A DNA stretch of 64,000 bases from Chiloscyllium plagiosum. Lineage: Eukaryota. A program made the position numbers and the translations under genes. The notes beneath the pieces are model-generated. The model did no database searches. It was not told where the DNA came from and worked only from the letters and a program-made list of their open reading frames with translations. The stretch spans positions 34,716,453 to 34,780,452 of the forward strand of contig NC_057720.1 in the NCBI RefSeq assembly GCF_004010195.1, written 5' to 3'. Below, piece after piece: positions 26,311 to 38,910 of the stretch (positions are counted from its first letter, which is position 1; each line of letters starts with the position of its first letter).

Positions 26311-26560
26311 CATGGAATCCCTACAGTGTGGAAGCAGACCATTTGGCCCATCGATTCCACACTGACCCTCTGAAGAGCATCCCACCCAGAACCATCCTAA
26401 CCCCCTAACCCTGCATTGCCCATGGCTGATTAACCTAGCCAGCACAAGTCTGGACTGTGGGAGGAAACCAGAGCACCCAGCAGAAGCCCTCACAGCCACA
26501 GGGAGAACTTGCAAACACCCACAGACAGTTACCCAAGGCTGAAATTGAACCTGGGTCATT
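26311..26560 (-). mobile_element. Diverged HE1/V-SINE-type SINE
   Basis: Reverse-complement V-domain and CR1-like tail. Confidence 0.8.
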
Positions 26561-26599
26561 CCTAGAATAGCTTGCCAATCAATGTGTGACATCTCGGAA

Positions 26600-27835
26600 A
26601 TCACCATCTTCCAAAGCTTGTAATGTACTGCAAAAAGTCTGGAGCTGCCCTGCATGGTTCTTGACATTTGCTCTGGCCATGGCAGACAAAGGGAAATTGG
26701 CGTCCCACTCTACAAGCAGGGATCGAGAGGTCTTGCTGCATGGGGTGGTGCAGAGGGGGAATCCTCCTCTTCTACCAATACCAACAGTAGAGGCCATGAC
26801 ACCAGACCATGCCAATTTGATCCAAGGTTGCCACCCTGTCTGAAGGAATGGTGTAGGAAGGACAATGGTCTTCTCCAATCTGCCAGTGTAAGTGCCATGA
26901 CCTTCTGTTTGATACCTCAAACTCTATCATTGTTGCTGCATCCACTTCATACCAAGATTCATGTCCTACCACTTTCAGTATTGCCTGCAACATCTTTCCT
27001 CACTTGCTGTCACCCACCAACCCCTGTTACCACTAATCCTGCATGTCCTCTGTGCTGCCTACTCATTCACTTGGTTCACCTTCTTGTGTGCAGCAAGAAA
27101 AAAGCTGTACCATCTACTTTCATCTCTGTTAGTATCTGCCTTGCTCACATTCTATGAGGAAAACAACCTCACAATAGACTGGAAAGATCCAGGATAGGTG
27201 GTAGGCTGCCAACATTCAGCTCCTCAGCCCTTATGTAGACAGCATCCCGACTCTGTCCATCCTGAGTGTCTGAGTGATCATTTCAAAGCCTCTGGACTGA
27301 GATAGAAGACTGCCTTGTAATGGTTCACATTAATGGGGATCTCCTGACCAAAAACTCCCATCCATGACTTGACTGAGGTCTGCTGCCATCCATGGCAAGC
27401 TTCCTATGGAAGGCAGAGATGCTGTAATTATCCAGGTAGGCTCAGAGAGAATGAGTACAATAACAGCCAGTAAAGAGGTTGGAGATGTCGCCTAGTCCAG
27501 TCCATGAGCTGAGTCTGAGTCCATGATTGGGAATCATTCATTGCAAGCTGTGAGCTGAATTCACCAGGTACTTACCCAAGTTTCTATGTTGCGTTTTCTC
27601 AGTATCTAGCTTATTTGGTGAGCTTGATAAATTAGAAAGCTGAATATTAATGAGGTGAGCTGGGCCATCAACAAAGTGCTTAGCAGGCAACAATCCCTCT
27701 TATTTTGCCTACTTGCCATTGACTAGCGAGAAACCTGAGACGCTGCTTGTGAGAAGCATTAAAAATGGAAAGGTTTGTTACTGACGGTGAGACAGATCTC
27801 ACCAGACTTCTCACCTGATTCTGTCAAAATTCCCA
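26600..27835 (+). mobile_element. Fossil PIF/Harbinger element (Myb/SANT-like gene plus transposase remnant)
   Basis: MADKGKLASHSTSRDREVLLHGVVQR then W-CRK..N.LL.SA followed by gtaagt at about 26888; weak transposase N-terminal similarity 27230-27350; AAAATTCCC terminus. Confidence 0.45.
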
Positions 27836-28517
27836 TCATAGCCCTTGTTGCTCAGGCCTCTCTTTGACTCTGACTCTGTCCACAGTTGTTAATACTTATA
27901 GCTACCTCTTCAGAGGGGAAGGTGAAGCATCAAGTACGTGAATGGAATTAAATTGTTTACATTATGTCATCAGGATGAAACTTTGCCTGAACCAGTGCTT
28001 TTCCTTCTCTATTCCAAACCTCATAATTAAGCAGCTTAATCTTGCAACTTGCCAACTTTTTATAATTCAAAGTTAATTCAGTTCAGCTCAAAATTTGACA
28101 GAGCACTCATTGTGATCAGATAGTGCAAACCAGAATTATCCAGTGAATCAGAAGAGTAGGATTTTCTTGCTTATTCATATTTTAATTCTGTATGTTCTTT
28201 GTATCTTCATTCTTACTGATCTTCACATTATATAAGAATCTAATTCCTGATTCTTTAAACATATATCTTTCTTGTCTTCAGACCTGACTATTCCAGCAAA
28301 CTCCTGGCTGGTCTCTCAAATTTTAACCTTCATAAATATAAGACTAGGGATAGTCAAAATGGCTTTGTGTGTGGGAAATCATGTCTCCCAACTTGATTGA
28401 GTTTTTTAGAAGAAGTAACAAAGAGGATTGATGAGGGCAGCGTGGTTGATGTGATCTATATGGACTCCAGTAAGGCTTTCAACAAAGTTCCTCATGATAG
28501 ACTGGTGAGCAATGTTA

Positions 28518-28726
28518 TGATTTGGACATGCCAGTGTTGGACTGGGGTGGACAAAGTTAAAAATTACACTACACCAGGTTATAGTCCAATAGGTTTATTT
28601 GGAAGCACTAGCTTTTGGAGCACTGCTGCTTCATCAGGTGGTTGTGATTGAAGGAACAGCACTCCAAAAGCTAGTGCTTCCAAATTATCTAGTTGGATTA
28701 TAACCTGCTGTTGTGTGATTTTTAAC
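28518..28726. mobile_element. Palindromic PLE mini-element (family C)
   Basis: Inverted arms; minus-strand cac-CTGATGA-a..ctcc-AAAA-gCTA-gtg at 28606-28640; diverged TSD TGAGCAATGTTA / TTAGCAAGGTTA. Confidence 0.8.
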
Positions 28727-29494
28727 TTAGCAAGGTTAGATCACATTGAATACAGGGATAACTGTTTGGATATGGAGCTGGCTTGAAGGTAGAAGATGGT
28801 GTTGGTGGAGGGTTTCTTTTCAGACTGCAGGCCTGTGACCAGTGGTGTGCCACAAGGATCAGTGTTGAGTCCACTATGTTTTGTCATTTCTATAAATGAT
28901 TTGGATGCGAACATAGGGGATATGGTTAGTAAGTTTGCAGATGACTCCAAAATCGGAGGTGTAGTCGACAGAGAAGAAGGTTACCTCAGAGTACAATGGG
29001 ATCATGACCATGGGCCAATGGGTTTAAGAGTGGCAGATGAAGTTTAATTTAGATAAATGTGAGGTGTAAATTTGGGAAAGGCAAATCAAGGCAGGACTTC
29101 TAAACTTAATGGTAATGTCCTGCGGAATCTTGCTGAACAAAGAGACCTTGAAGTGCAGGTTCATAGTTCCTTGAAAGTAGAGTCACAGGTAGATAGGATA
29201 GTGAAGAAGGTGTTTTGAATGCTTGCCTTTATTGCTCAGTGCATTGGGCAGTGGAGTCAGAAGGTCATGTTGCAACTGTACAGGACATTGGTTTGGCCAT
29301 TTTTGGAATATTGCATGCAATTATTGTCTCCCTGCCACGGGAAGGATGTTGAGTAATTTGAAAGAGTTCAGAAAAGATTTATGAGGTTGTTGCCAGGATT
29401 GGAGAGTTTGAGCTATAGGGAGAAGCTGAATAGATTGGGGCTATTTTCCCTGAAGCATTGGAGGCTGAGTGGTGACCTTATAGAGATTTATAAG

Positions 29495-29752
29495 ACCATA
29501 AGACCATAAGACATAGGAGCGGAAGCAAGGCCATCCAGCCCATCGAATCCACTCCACCATTTAATCAAGGCTGATGGGTGTTTCAATTCCACTTATCCAC
29601 ACTCTCCCCATTTCTCTTAATTCCTTGCGAGATCAAGAATTTATCAATCTCTGCCTTGAAGACACCCAATGTCCTGACCTCCACTGCGCTCCGCGGCAAT
29701 GAATTCCACAGGCCCACCACACTCTGGGTAAAGAAATGTCTCCTCATTTCCG
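29495..29752 (-). mobile_element. 3' tail of a second CR1 family nested in CR1
   Basis: (TAAGACCA)n tail complement and TGGAATTC motif; same family as 56538-56712. Confidence 0.8.
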
Positions 29753-29791
29753 TATAAAGTCATGACGGGCATGGATAGGGTAAATAGACAA

Positions 29792-30060
29792 TGTGCTACT
29801 TTCCCCCACCCTCCTCTCTGACCTACCACCTCCATCCCCACCCTCATTCATCTATTGTGCTCTTTGCTACCTTCTCCCCAGCCCCACCCCACCCATTTAT
29901 CTGTCCACCCTGAAGGCTTCCTGCCTCTATTCCTGATGAAGGGCTTTTGCCGGAAATGTCCATTTTCCGGCTCCTCGGATGCTGTCTGACCTGCTGTGCT
30001 TTTCCAGCACCACTCTGATCTAAACTCTGGTTTCCAGCATCTGCAGTCCACATTTTTGCC
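29792..30060 (+). mobile_element. PLE 3' mini-insertion (family A) with 11-bp TSD
   Basis: TAAATAGACAA 29781-29791 / TAAATAGGCAA 30061-30071; attcCTGATGAagggcttttgccgGAAAtGTC at about 29929-29960. Confidence 0.85.
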
Positions 30061-32644
30061 TAAATAGGCAAGATGTTTTCCCCAGGGTAGGTGAGTCCAA
30101 AACTAGAGGGCATAGATTCAAGGTGAGAGGGGAAAGATTTAAAAGGATCCTAAGGGACAACTTTTTCACGCAGATGGTGGTGCCTGCACTGAATAGCTGC
30201 CAGAGGAAGTGATGGAGGTGGGTACAATTGCAACATTTGAAAGACATTTGGATGGGTATATGAATAGGAAGAGTTCAGAGGGATATTGGCCAAATGTTGG
30301 CAAATGGGACTAGATTAATTTAGGATATCTGGTTGGCATGGATGAGTTGGACTAAAGGGTTTTTTTTGTGCAGTGTAACTGTCTGACTCTATAAGCTCTG
30401 TTGATCATTGTCTGTCTTGTGCCAAGTCTCATTTATCTAAGATCGCTGTGCTTGTTCCACTAGCTCCCATTTAAGCAAGGCATTGATTGTCAAATTCTCA
30501 TCCTGCTTCTGAATCCTTCCATGATCGCACTCCTGATTTACCAATAATCATCTAATATATCATAGATGGGAAGTGCAGGGTTACAAGGATGGGGGCCAGT
30601 GCAGTGGGGGGGAAAGGGTGGATTTGGTTGGTATGCTCTTCAGTGTGTCAGAACGATAACAACTACATGCTCTTAACATGTGGTGGAACCAATTCACGCA
30701 AATTTTCTAAATAATATGAAATCACCAGAAAACTAAGCAAACCAAAGTCAGTTTGAGATTTTCAGAGAATGCAGCAAAGAGGTAGTTAAATCCCAATGTA
30801 ATGAGATACTGTTATGGATTGTTGACATAATCCTCACTTAATATGATAATATAACAATTTTGTTGCTATGTTCCTTGTTGCTATGCTTTAGGCTTCATAA
30901 GTAACTCTGTGCTTAAAAGAATGATGACGAGATTACATTATTTCTTTTATATCCCACCTGTAGCTCCCACCCAAAACAAGTGAGCTTAGGTCTGTTTAAC
31001 TGCAAGGACAAGAAACAATAGTAAAACCTGATCCATATGTTCTTTTACTGTATCTGTAGGGATTGCCATGTCTGCCCCTGACATTCATTTAATCATTATT
31101 TAGCTGGATTACTGTGTGGCAGATTATTTCTAAAGATTTAGTGCTGTGAAATCTCTTGGTTGATGTAACTGTAAGATGTTGAAAGCTTTAAAAACACAAC
31201 CAGGACAATTTCTTCACTAAAAGCTAAAAGGAAATCTGTAATTGTCATTCAACAGCTAAGATGCAAAGAAAGATTACCAGTGCACCTTGGGTCTTTCACA
31301 GAACCTTCTGGGATGGTGCAAAGTTAAGTACAGATTAAGTGAGCCCATTCAGCTCATATGACTTAGTTTTCCATAAGCATAATGATACTGCATTACAGTA
31401 TGTTACATCTTTTACGTAATTCCAAAGTGCTTCAGTGCAATGTCTAGAAATGATGCATCAAAACACTAACTTGACTTCTTCCACCAAATTCTGACACCTT
31501 GCTGCATATTTCCAATTTTACAAAATATTACATAATATTTGTGCTTTTAGTAGGTTTTCAAATGGCTTCGGAATATCTCACAAAAGCTATTGCAGAGATA
31601 AAAATCAGGTAGAATACCTGAACTGAGGAATAATTTGAAAAATTGAGACTACAGTTGAAAATTGAGAAAGTCGTATGATAAAGCTGACCCAGAATACAGA
31701 CTTAGTAAATAGCTTTCAGACTTAGTTCAGCTCAGCTGAGGTGGTATTAGATTTGAACTTTTTTCCTTGATAGCCAAAAATTGGGAATGGAACCTTGGCC
31801 AGGATTCTCAATCTAGTTCTGTATCACGTAACTGGTTAGAACAGCACATGTGTGGGCCAAAAGCAAGGACAGGATGAGGCTCAGTTGACCATTCCCTCAT
31901 TGGCCCACTAAGACATACACATATGAATCATAAATGGTGACCATTAAGTTGAACTATTTGAGCATAGAGGGGCCAAGTATATATGGGGCCTTCTCTCTGT
32001 TCCAGTTTACACTGCGGTTTGGTACAATAAATATGTATGTCTTTTATCTTTTAAGGAGAATCATTTAAGTCTGTCAACCTACAGGTTTTTATTGAAACTG
32101 TTTAATTATCAATTTTACTGTTCATTTCCACATAAATTCAATCATATATAAAAAAAAGACCCATCCACATATACTTGAAAATGGTGCTGTTGTCAAGAAT
32201 AAATTTCTGATCTACTTCTATCTCTGCCAGGTATCATCCAGTTCTAGGGTAATAGTGGGGATGGAGGTAGTGGTAATGGTGGAGAGAGTGAGAGAGATTG
32301 TTTGCTATACAAGACAGTTGGCTATTTTATTTTTAGAAACTCCCTTCAGTGCTTTGGCAATGTTGGTGGCCACCAGAAACCCATTGGTACCCTGACCCCT
32401 CCAGTACCACTAATGCTAAATGATGTCCTTCTCTTATTAACATATTGATTTAAAATATACACAAACACATAAAACCCACACACATGAGCACTCTGCAGAC
32501 AACTTCCTTTCCAGGAAATGCCAGAAATGGCAGCAGAATCTGGCAAGATGTCTCCCTGTTGTATTTCCTGGGTTTGCCCAGTTCTCTCAGAAGCTTCCTG
32601 AAAATGGGTGAGAAATTAATGAAAAATTCAGACTGGTTGATTCC

Positions 32645-33150
32645 AAAGAACTAAAAACAGAAAGTACTGGAGAAACTCAAGTCGAATATGACTCTTCTTC
32701 AGAACTGAAACATCTACAAATTGGTGTTTTTTTAAATGTTGTTGATAGAGGGGTAGGAGAGCCAAGTGGAGCAGATTCTAAGTGTGCTCAAGGCAAAAAA
32801 CAAAGGCAGTGAGAATGATGGTAAAGAAGATTTAGGTTTTTAAAATAGATATAAATGTGTGCTGTGAAAACAAGAAAATGGGTCCACTCTGCTGAAAGCA
32901 AAGCCAACAAGGCACAAACAAGACTGAGAAGGGCTTATGCCTGAAACGTCGATTCTCCTCTTCCCTGGATGCTGCCTGACCTGCTGCACTGTTCCAGCAA
33001 CACATTTTCAGCTCAGATCTCCAGCATCTGCAGACCTCACTTTCTCCTCAAACAAGACATGGCCAGGAGAGGGGTAGGAATATAAGAAAAACAGAGTCAG
33101 AGTCATCCTCTGAAGTTATGGAACTCAATATTGAGTCCTAGAAGCTATCC
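32645..33150 (-). mobile_element. Decayed PLE 3' fragment (family E) with a nested family A mini-element
   Basis: GACTCTTCTTCAGAACT half-motif; remnant LNIEF on the minus strand near 33115-33135. Confidence 0.5.
32925..33048 (+). mobile_element. PLE mini-element (family A) with 10-bp TSD
   Basis: CAAACAAGAC at 32915-32924 and 33049-33058; begins at the hammerhead core (c)TGAGAAGGGCTTATGCCTGAAACGTCGATT. Confidence 0.85.
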
Positions 33151-33404
33151 CAGGGAACTGTTTTTCATGTATTTCAATGTTTACTCATTGTATTCAACTC
33201 TTACAGCAAGAGATCATTGAATTGCCCACTTTCTTCTGAATTCCTGATATGCAATTCTGTCATGTGCAGTTTTGTGAACTTATCTCAAAATTTCAAATCT
33301 GGCCTTACAAATCAACCATACATCGCTAACACAATCTGTTTCTAATATTATTCAAATTCCGTCATTCTTTAATTAGTTAGTTTGAACTGACAAAAAATGA
33401 TTAA

Positions 33405-33823
33405 CATTTCTCACTTGAGGGCAGGAGGTTGAGGGGGTGACTTTAAAGAAGTTTATAAAATTATAATGTGTACAGATAAAGTGAATGGCAGGTGTAATTT
33501 TCCTAGGGTGGGGAATTTCAAAACTAGGGTCTATATTTTTAAGGTGAGAGGAGAAAGATCTTAAGAAGACATGAGGATCATCTTTTTTACTCAGTGAGTT
33601 GTTTATGTGTGGAATGAACTTCCAGAGGATGTAGTGGATGTGGATACAGTTACAACATTGAAAAGACATTTGGATAAGTTCATGATAAAGAAATGTTTGG
33701 AGGAGTATGGGCCAAACATGTAGGTAGAAGGGATATGTTTAGTTTGGGATTATGTTTGGCATGGACTGGTTGGACTGAAGGATTTGTTTCTGAGTTGTAT
33801 GACTCTAAGACTCTATGACTCTA
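33405..33823 (+). mobile_element. CR1 3' fragment
   Basis: LRG.L.EVYKI...WNELP region and (GACTCTAT)n tail. Confidence 0.88.
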
Positions 33824-33824
33824 T

Positions 33825-34895
33825 TTGTGCCAGACAGGGTCCAGGCAATGATCATCCTCAGCAAGAGAGAATGTGACTATTGTCCCTAGACATTCAATGG
33901 CATTGCCAGCACTGAATCCCTTACTATTAACACCCTGACTGTTACCACTGAACAAAATCTGATTCAGATCAGCCTTTTAAATATCATGGCTATTAGAGAA
34001 GATAGGAGATAGAATTATGCAGCAAGTATTTCATCTTCTGTCTTCCCATGTCTATCCACAAACAAACAACAAGGTACAAGCCAGAAGTGTGATGGAAAAC
34101 CATACACTTGCCCAATAAGAACAGCTCTAACTACACTCAAGTAGCTTGACACTATCCAGGACAAAGCAGCCTGCTTGATTGGTATCCCATCCATGACCTT
34201 GAATATTCACTCCTCCCCCACTGACACAGACTGGCAGCAGTGTTTGCCATTTACAAGATGCTTTGCAGTATCTCGCCCAGAATCCCTAGACAATACCTTG
34301 AAAACCTGTGACCTCTAACATTTCAAAGACCAAGGGCAGTAGATGTGAACACCATCTCTTGCAAATTTCCCTCCAAGCTACTCATCATCCTGACTTGGAA
34401 CAACATCACCTCCCTTCAGTATTATTGGGTCAATATTTCTGCACGGAAACAGCACAATGAGTTTCTCTACCCAAGGACTGCAGTAGTTCAAGATGGCAGC
34501 TCTCTACCACCTTCTCTAGAGACAAAACAATTGCAGGTGCTGGAATCCAATGTAGACAAGCAGTAGGTTGGAAAAACACAGCAAGCCAGGCAGCATCAGG
34601 AGATGGAGAAGTCGACTTTTTGGGTGTAACCCTTCTTCAGGACTGGGCAGAGAGCTTCTTCAAAGTGGGCATCCTTTGAGGAGACTTTGAAGTGGTACTG
34701 TTTCGGGCTGCCTGTCCTGAAGAAGGGTTACCCCTGAAATGCTGACTTCTCCACCTCCTGGTGCTACCTGGCTTGCTGAGCTTTTCCAGCCACCTGCTTG
34801 TCTACCACTACCACCTTCTTGGCAGGAATTTGGGACAGCTAATAAATGCTGATCTATCGAGCAATGCCTACATCCAATGAATGGATTAAAATAAA
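33825..34895 (+). mobile_element. Old CR1-clade LINE 3' part
   Basis: Collinear with 15060-15825. Confidence 0.7.
34516..34807. mobile_element. Palindromic PLE mini-element (family D) with 12-bp TSD and hammerhead motifs on both strands
   Basis: CTACCACCTTCT at 34504-34515 and 34808-34819; minus agtc-CTGAAGA-agggttacaccc-AAAA-aGTC-gact (34610-34644) and plus tgtc-CTGAAGA-agggttacccct-GAAA near 34713-34745. Confidence 0.82.
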
Positions 34896-35181
34896 TAAAT
34901 AGCCATGACTCAGATTCATATTTCTGAACAGACACCACCTATTTTGAATAAATGTTTCATGTTTCTGATATTGAGGTGATTTATCTTTCATTTTATTCAT
35001 ACTTTATTCTTTCAACCACTTACATTCATTTGATTAGTTAACATTTCATTGAATAAGTCTTTTTTTAAAACACTTGTATCCTTTTCATGAGATGTCAAAA
35101 TTAGTTTTATGTGGCCATTGAGAATATTAAAATAAAATTTAAATCAAAATAAGATCAAACAAAATTTATGTTTCATCACAG

Positions 35182-35301
35182 ATGCAGATGACATCTTCAG
35201 AATTTTCAAAACCCAGGATTGCTAAAATAGCATCTAATTACAAACTAACAAAATCTTTAAGCCATTGCCAAAGTAACCAACTAAAGGGGAGCCAAATATC
35301 G
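35182..35301 (+). CDS. Candidate coding exon (MQMTSSEFSKPRIAKIASNYKLTKSLSHCQSNQLKGSQIS)
   Basis: tgtttcatcacag acceptor, 120-nt phase 0-0 open frame, requires a GC donor (TCG|gcaagt). Confidence 0.3.
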
Positions 35302-36370
35302 GCAAGTTAATAAAATCCCTTAAACCATTACTGTTTGCATTCGTGATAAATCCAGGTTTCGAGTTCATAGCCAAATTATCTCTTGACTAGATGTTTGTGG
35401 CTTCTCAGTTTCCAATGCAATTTATATATTTCAGAATGTATGCAAGTTGAAGGTGCAATTATAGACCAACTTTAAAATACTGCAGTTTAAAATGAGTATG
35501 AGTACTAACTACATAGCAAAGTATTGTGTTGCTGTCATTCTGTACAGGGGCTGGGCTGAAAGAAGTAAAAAGTGCTTGATTGTGTGCAGGATATAAATTA
35601 TGTACAGACAATAATCTGTGTATGTCAGGTATTATATCATCAATTCAATTTGTGATTTCCTTTTCTCCTGCATTTATTTACGCCTGTCAACTCTTGTGTA
35701 CTTAACATGAATGCACAAGCAGATTGCCACAAAAAAAGAGCTCTATTCACATGAAATCCATTTAGTTTAGGAATTTAGTTTTCTTTATTTCAAAATCTTT
35801 TGTGTCATTGAAGGTTAGATGAAGGCCAGCACTTCTCTTAGCTAACAATCGAAACACTGATTTGAGGTCTATTCATATAACGTCAATGTCAACCAACCAC
35901 AGTCAATGTCAAAGCACAAATACTGGTTTCTTGGCACCATTTCACCCCAGACAATTTTCTGAGGGCAGGAATCCACAACAGAGTCCCAAAGGCAGTAGGT
36001 ATCCAATTAAGGACAATTAAAAGAGGCCAACAGAAAGTTTCTAGTCAGCCTGAAGGTTCCCTGTACCACTGAGGCCAGCTTCCTGGAATTCGCCTCCCAG
36101 CAGCAGACTGGGGAGGTGGTTAATACTTCAGCCAGGCTTTGAGGCCCACACACTTGCCCAGCCGGAGGTTCCCTATGTCATAGTTAAAAGTGCAAGTTCC
36201 CTTTTAGGCCTAAATAGATCAGCTCCAGAGTTGATTCAGAGTAGGTCATGTTCATTGGATTTTAAGGCCTGGGTTCAAATCCCACCAGCTGCTGAGGAGT
36301 GTCATAACACTGCTGTACAGGTTGATTTAAAATATCCAAGAGGCACTAGGTCAGCCTTGGTTCAAGTCCC

Positions 36371-36690
36371 AGTAGCACAGTGGCTCAGTGATTAGCACTG
36401 CTGCCTTGCACCGCCAAGAACCCAGGTTTGATTCCGTCAGGTGACTGTCTGTCTGGAGTTTGCACATTCTCCCTGTGTCTGTGTGGGTCTCCTCCCACAA
36501 TCCAAAGATGGGCAATTTGGGTGAATTAGCCAAGCTAAATTGCCCATAGTGTTCAGGGATGCGTACATTAGGTACATTAGTCAGGGGTAAATATAGGGTA
36601 GGGAAATGGGTCTGGGTGAGTTACTATTTGGAGGGTTGGTGTGGACGTGTTGGGCCAAAGGGCCTGTTACATATTGTAGGGATTCTATGA
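36371..36690 (+). mobile_element. HE1/V-SINE-type SINE
   Basis: A/B boxes, V-domain with small deletion, CR1-like tail. Confidence 0.88.
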
Positions 36691-37243
36691 TCCAAAGGTG
36701 TGCAATAATATCTCAGAGCAGGTTAATAGAAATTATCTAAGAGCTGAAGTATTTGGTTATTGTTAAATTGCCCCTTGCGGGTAGTGCTTATAATTTGTTC
36801 TTTGTTTGATTAGTCAAACAGGTGCTTTGGTGGTCACTCTTTCAAAATAAAAGGGATCAGTTCTCGGTCCTTTTTTGTTTGTCATCTATATAAATAATTT
36901 GGATGAGAATATAGAAGGCGTGGTTAGTAAGTTTGCGGATGACACCAAAATTGGTGGCAGAGTAGACAGGGAAGAAGGTTTTCTAAGATTACAAAAAGGT
37001 CTTGGTCAAATGATTCAGTGGACTCAAAAATGGCGGATGAAGTTCAATATGGATAAGTGCGAGGTATTGCATTTTGGTACAGCAAACAAGGATAGGGCTT
37101 ATACAGTTAATATTAGGGCCTTGGGTAGTATTGCAGAACAGAGGACCTAGGGGTGTAGGTTAAAACGGCATTTGGCATACTTGCCTTCATTGCTCAGTCC
37201 TTTGAGAATAGGGGTTGGGACGCCATGTTGAGGTTGTACAGGA

Positions 37244-37461
37244 GAAAGTGAGGTCTGCAGATGCTGGAGATCAAAGTTGAAACTTTATTGCTGGAACAGC
37301 ACAGCAGGTCAGGCAGCATCCAGGGAACAGGAGATTCGATGTTTCGGGCACAGGCCCTTCTTCAGGAATTCCTGAAGAAGGGACTGTGCCCGAAACGTCG
37401 AATCTCCTGTTCCCTGGATGCTGCCTGACCTGCTGTGCTGTTCCAGCAATAAAGTTTCAAC
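37244..37461. mobile_element. Young palindromic PLE mini-element (family A variant) with 15-bp TSD
   Basis: TGAGGTTGTACAGGA at 37229-37243 and 37462-37476; 93-bp arms (37276-37368 / 37369-37461) with 2 mismatches and no spacer, centred on GAATTC. Confidence 0.92.
37368..37403 (+). ncRNA. Minimal type-I hammerhead ribozyme motif
   Basis: ATTC-CTGAAGA-A-GGG(actgtg)CCC-GAAA-C-GTC-GAAT: stem I ATTC/GAAT, ACGT palindrome, predicted cleavage after 37399; mirror copy on the minus strand 37334-37369. Confidence 0.78.
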
Positions 37462-38571
37462 TGAGGTTGTACAGGACACTGGTGAGGCCTCTTCTGGAGT
37501 ACTGTGTGCAGTTCTGGTTGTCCAGTTACAGGAAGGATTTAATCAAGTTGGAGAGAGTTCAGAAAAGATTTACCAGGATGTTGCCGGGTATGGAAGGTGT
37601 GAATTATAAAGAAAGGCTGGATAGTTTGGGACCTTTTTCATTGAAGCATAGGAGATTGAGAGGTGACCTGATAGAAGTTTATAAAATAATGACAGGTATA
37701 GATAGAGTTGATGGTAGTTGTCCATTCCCTAAGATGGGGCACATTTTGAAGGTGACAGGAGAGAGGAGAGAGATTTTAAAAAGTCATAAGAGGAAATTTC
37801 TTCGCACAGAGAGTAGTTTGTGTGTGGAATGAATCTCCTAGGTACAATGTGGATACAATTACAACTTTTAAAAGACATTTGGAAGGATACATAAATAGGA
37901 AAGGTTTGGAGGGATATGGGCCTGGTGCAGGCAGGTGGAACTTGTTTAGTTTGAATTATGTTCAGCATGGACTGGTTGGACCAAAGTGTCTGTTTCCATG
38001 CTATGTGACTCCATGACTCTGCGACTCAAACAGGAGTTGAGTTATTGTCTAGCCTGTTCTGATATGAGCATGACCTGCTCTGAATCAAGTCTGGAGCTGA
38101 TCCATTTGAGCCTAAAAGAAACTTGCTTTTCTAACTATGACATAGGGCTCTAGCTGAGCAAGTGGGTGGTCCAGAAAGCCTGCAAGGAATATTAGCCACC
38201 TTGCCATGGGAGACCACTGGACAAGGAAAGGGTCCAAATGGGAAAGATGGAAACTGATGTCCATATTATACAACAGATTTACAATAAAACTTTTGTAAAT
38301 CAGAGTATTTTGATGCCTAATTCAATACATATGGACATCAGTGTATTAAACAATTAGAGACTCCACTTCTAGTAGTTGGCTGATGCTACCAATCTTAATT
38401 TAATGTTTTAAAAAATGTTGCTGAGAAGGCAAGTCAAGGTAGAAATGTCCTCTTTCTCCACTACTTGAAGCAGTGAGTTGCTCTTTTTTTCCTGATCTAA
38501 AGGGTTTCTTTGTGCTAAGTGCGCCATTTGCCTATTGATTGGCAATTCAGAGAAATTAGCTGCCAGATTAC

Positions 38572-38910
38572 TGTTTCCCACAGTGTGGGGTTAGAACACC
38601 AATGGAGTCAACACCAACCCTTCAAAGAGCACCGACATGCACCCATTCCCAACCCCGCCACCGCCCACCCCACCCCCAACCCTATCCCTGTAACTTTATA
38701 TTTCTCATGGCTAACCGACCTAGTCTGCACATTCCTGAACACTATGGGCAATTTAGCATTGCCAGTACCTGCACATCTTTGGACTGAAACCAATGCAGAC
38801 CTGGAGAGATTGTGCAAACTCCACACAGACAGTCAACCAAGGTTGGAATAAAACCCAGGTCCTTGGTGCTGTGAGACATCAGTGCTAATCACTGAGCCAC
38901 CGTGCCACCC
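38572..38910 (-). mobile_element. Diverged HE1/V-SINE-type SINE
   Basis: Reverse-complement head, V-domain and tail. Confidence 0.85.

Larger units (their letters stand above)
28345..30392 (+). mobile_element. CR1 LINE (RT to 3' tail) with three nested insertions
   Basis: Collinear with 16910-18208 once 28518-28726, about 29495-29752 and 29792-30060 are removed. Confidence 0.92.
36853..38027 (+). mobile_element. CR1 LINE RT-3' fragment with nested palindromic element
   Basis: YINNL..KFADDTKIGG; LVRPLLEYCVQFW; (ATGACTC) tail. Confidence 0.93.

Noticed and set aside
26654..27157. 167-aa ORF
   Set aside because: Crosses a decayed Harbinger exon-intron region; not protein-like.
32231..32248. 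18-nt microexon candidate (VSSSSR) ctctgccag|...|gtaata
   Set aside because: Phase fits the chain but it is too short to support and the donor is mediocre.
37386..37832. 148-aa chimeric ORF (MPETSNLLFPGCCLTCC...LVRPLLEYC)
   Set aside because: Chance in-frame join of a palindrome arm to CR1 ORF2.
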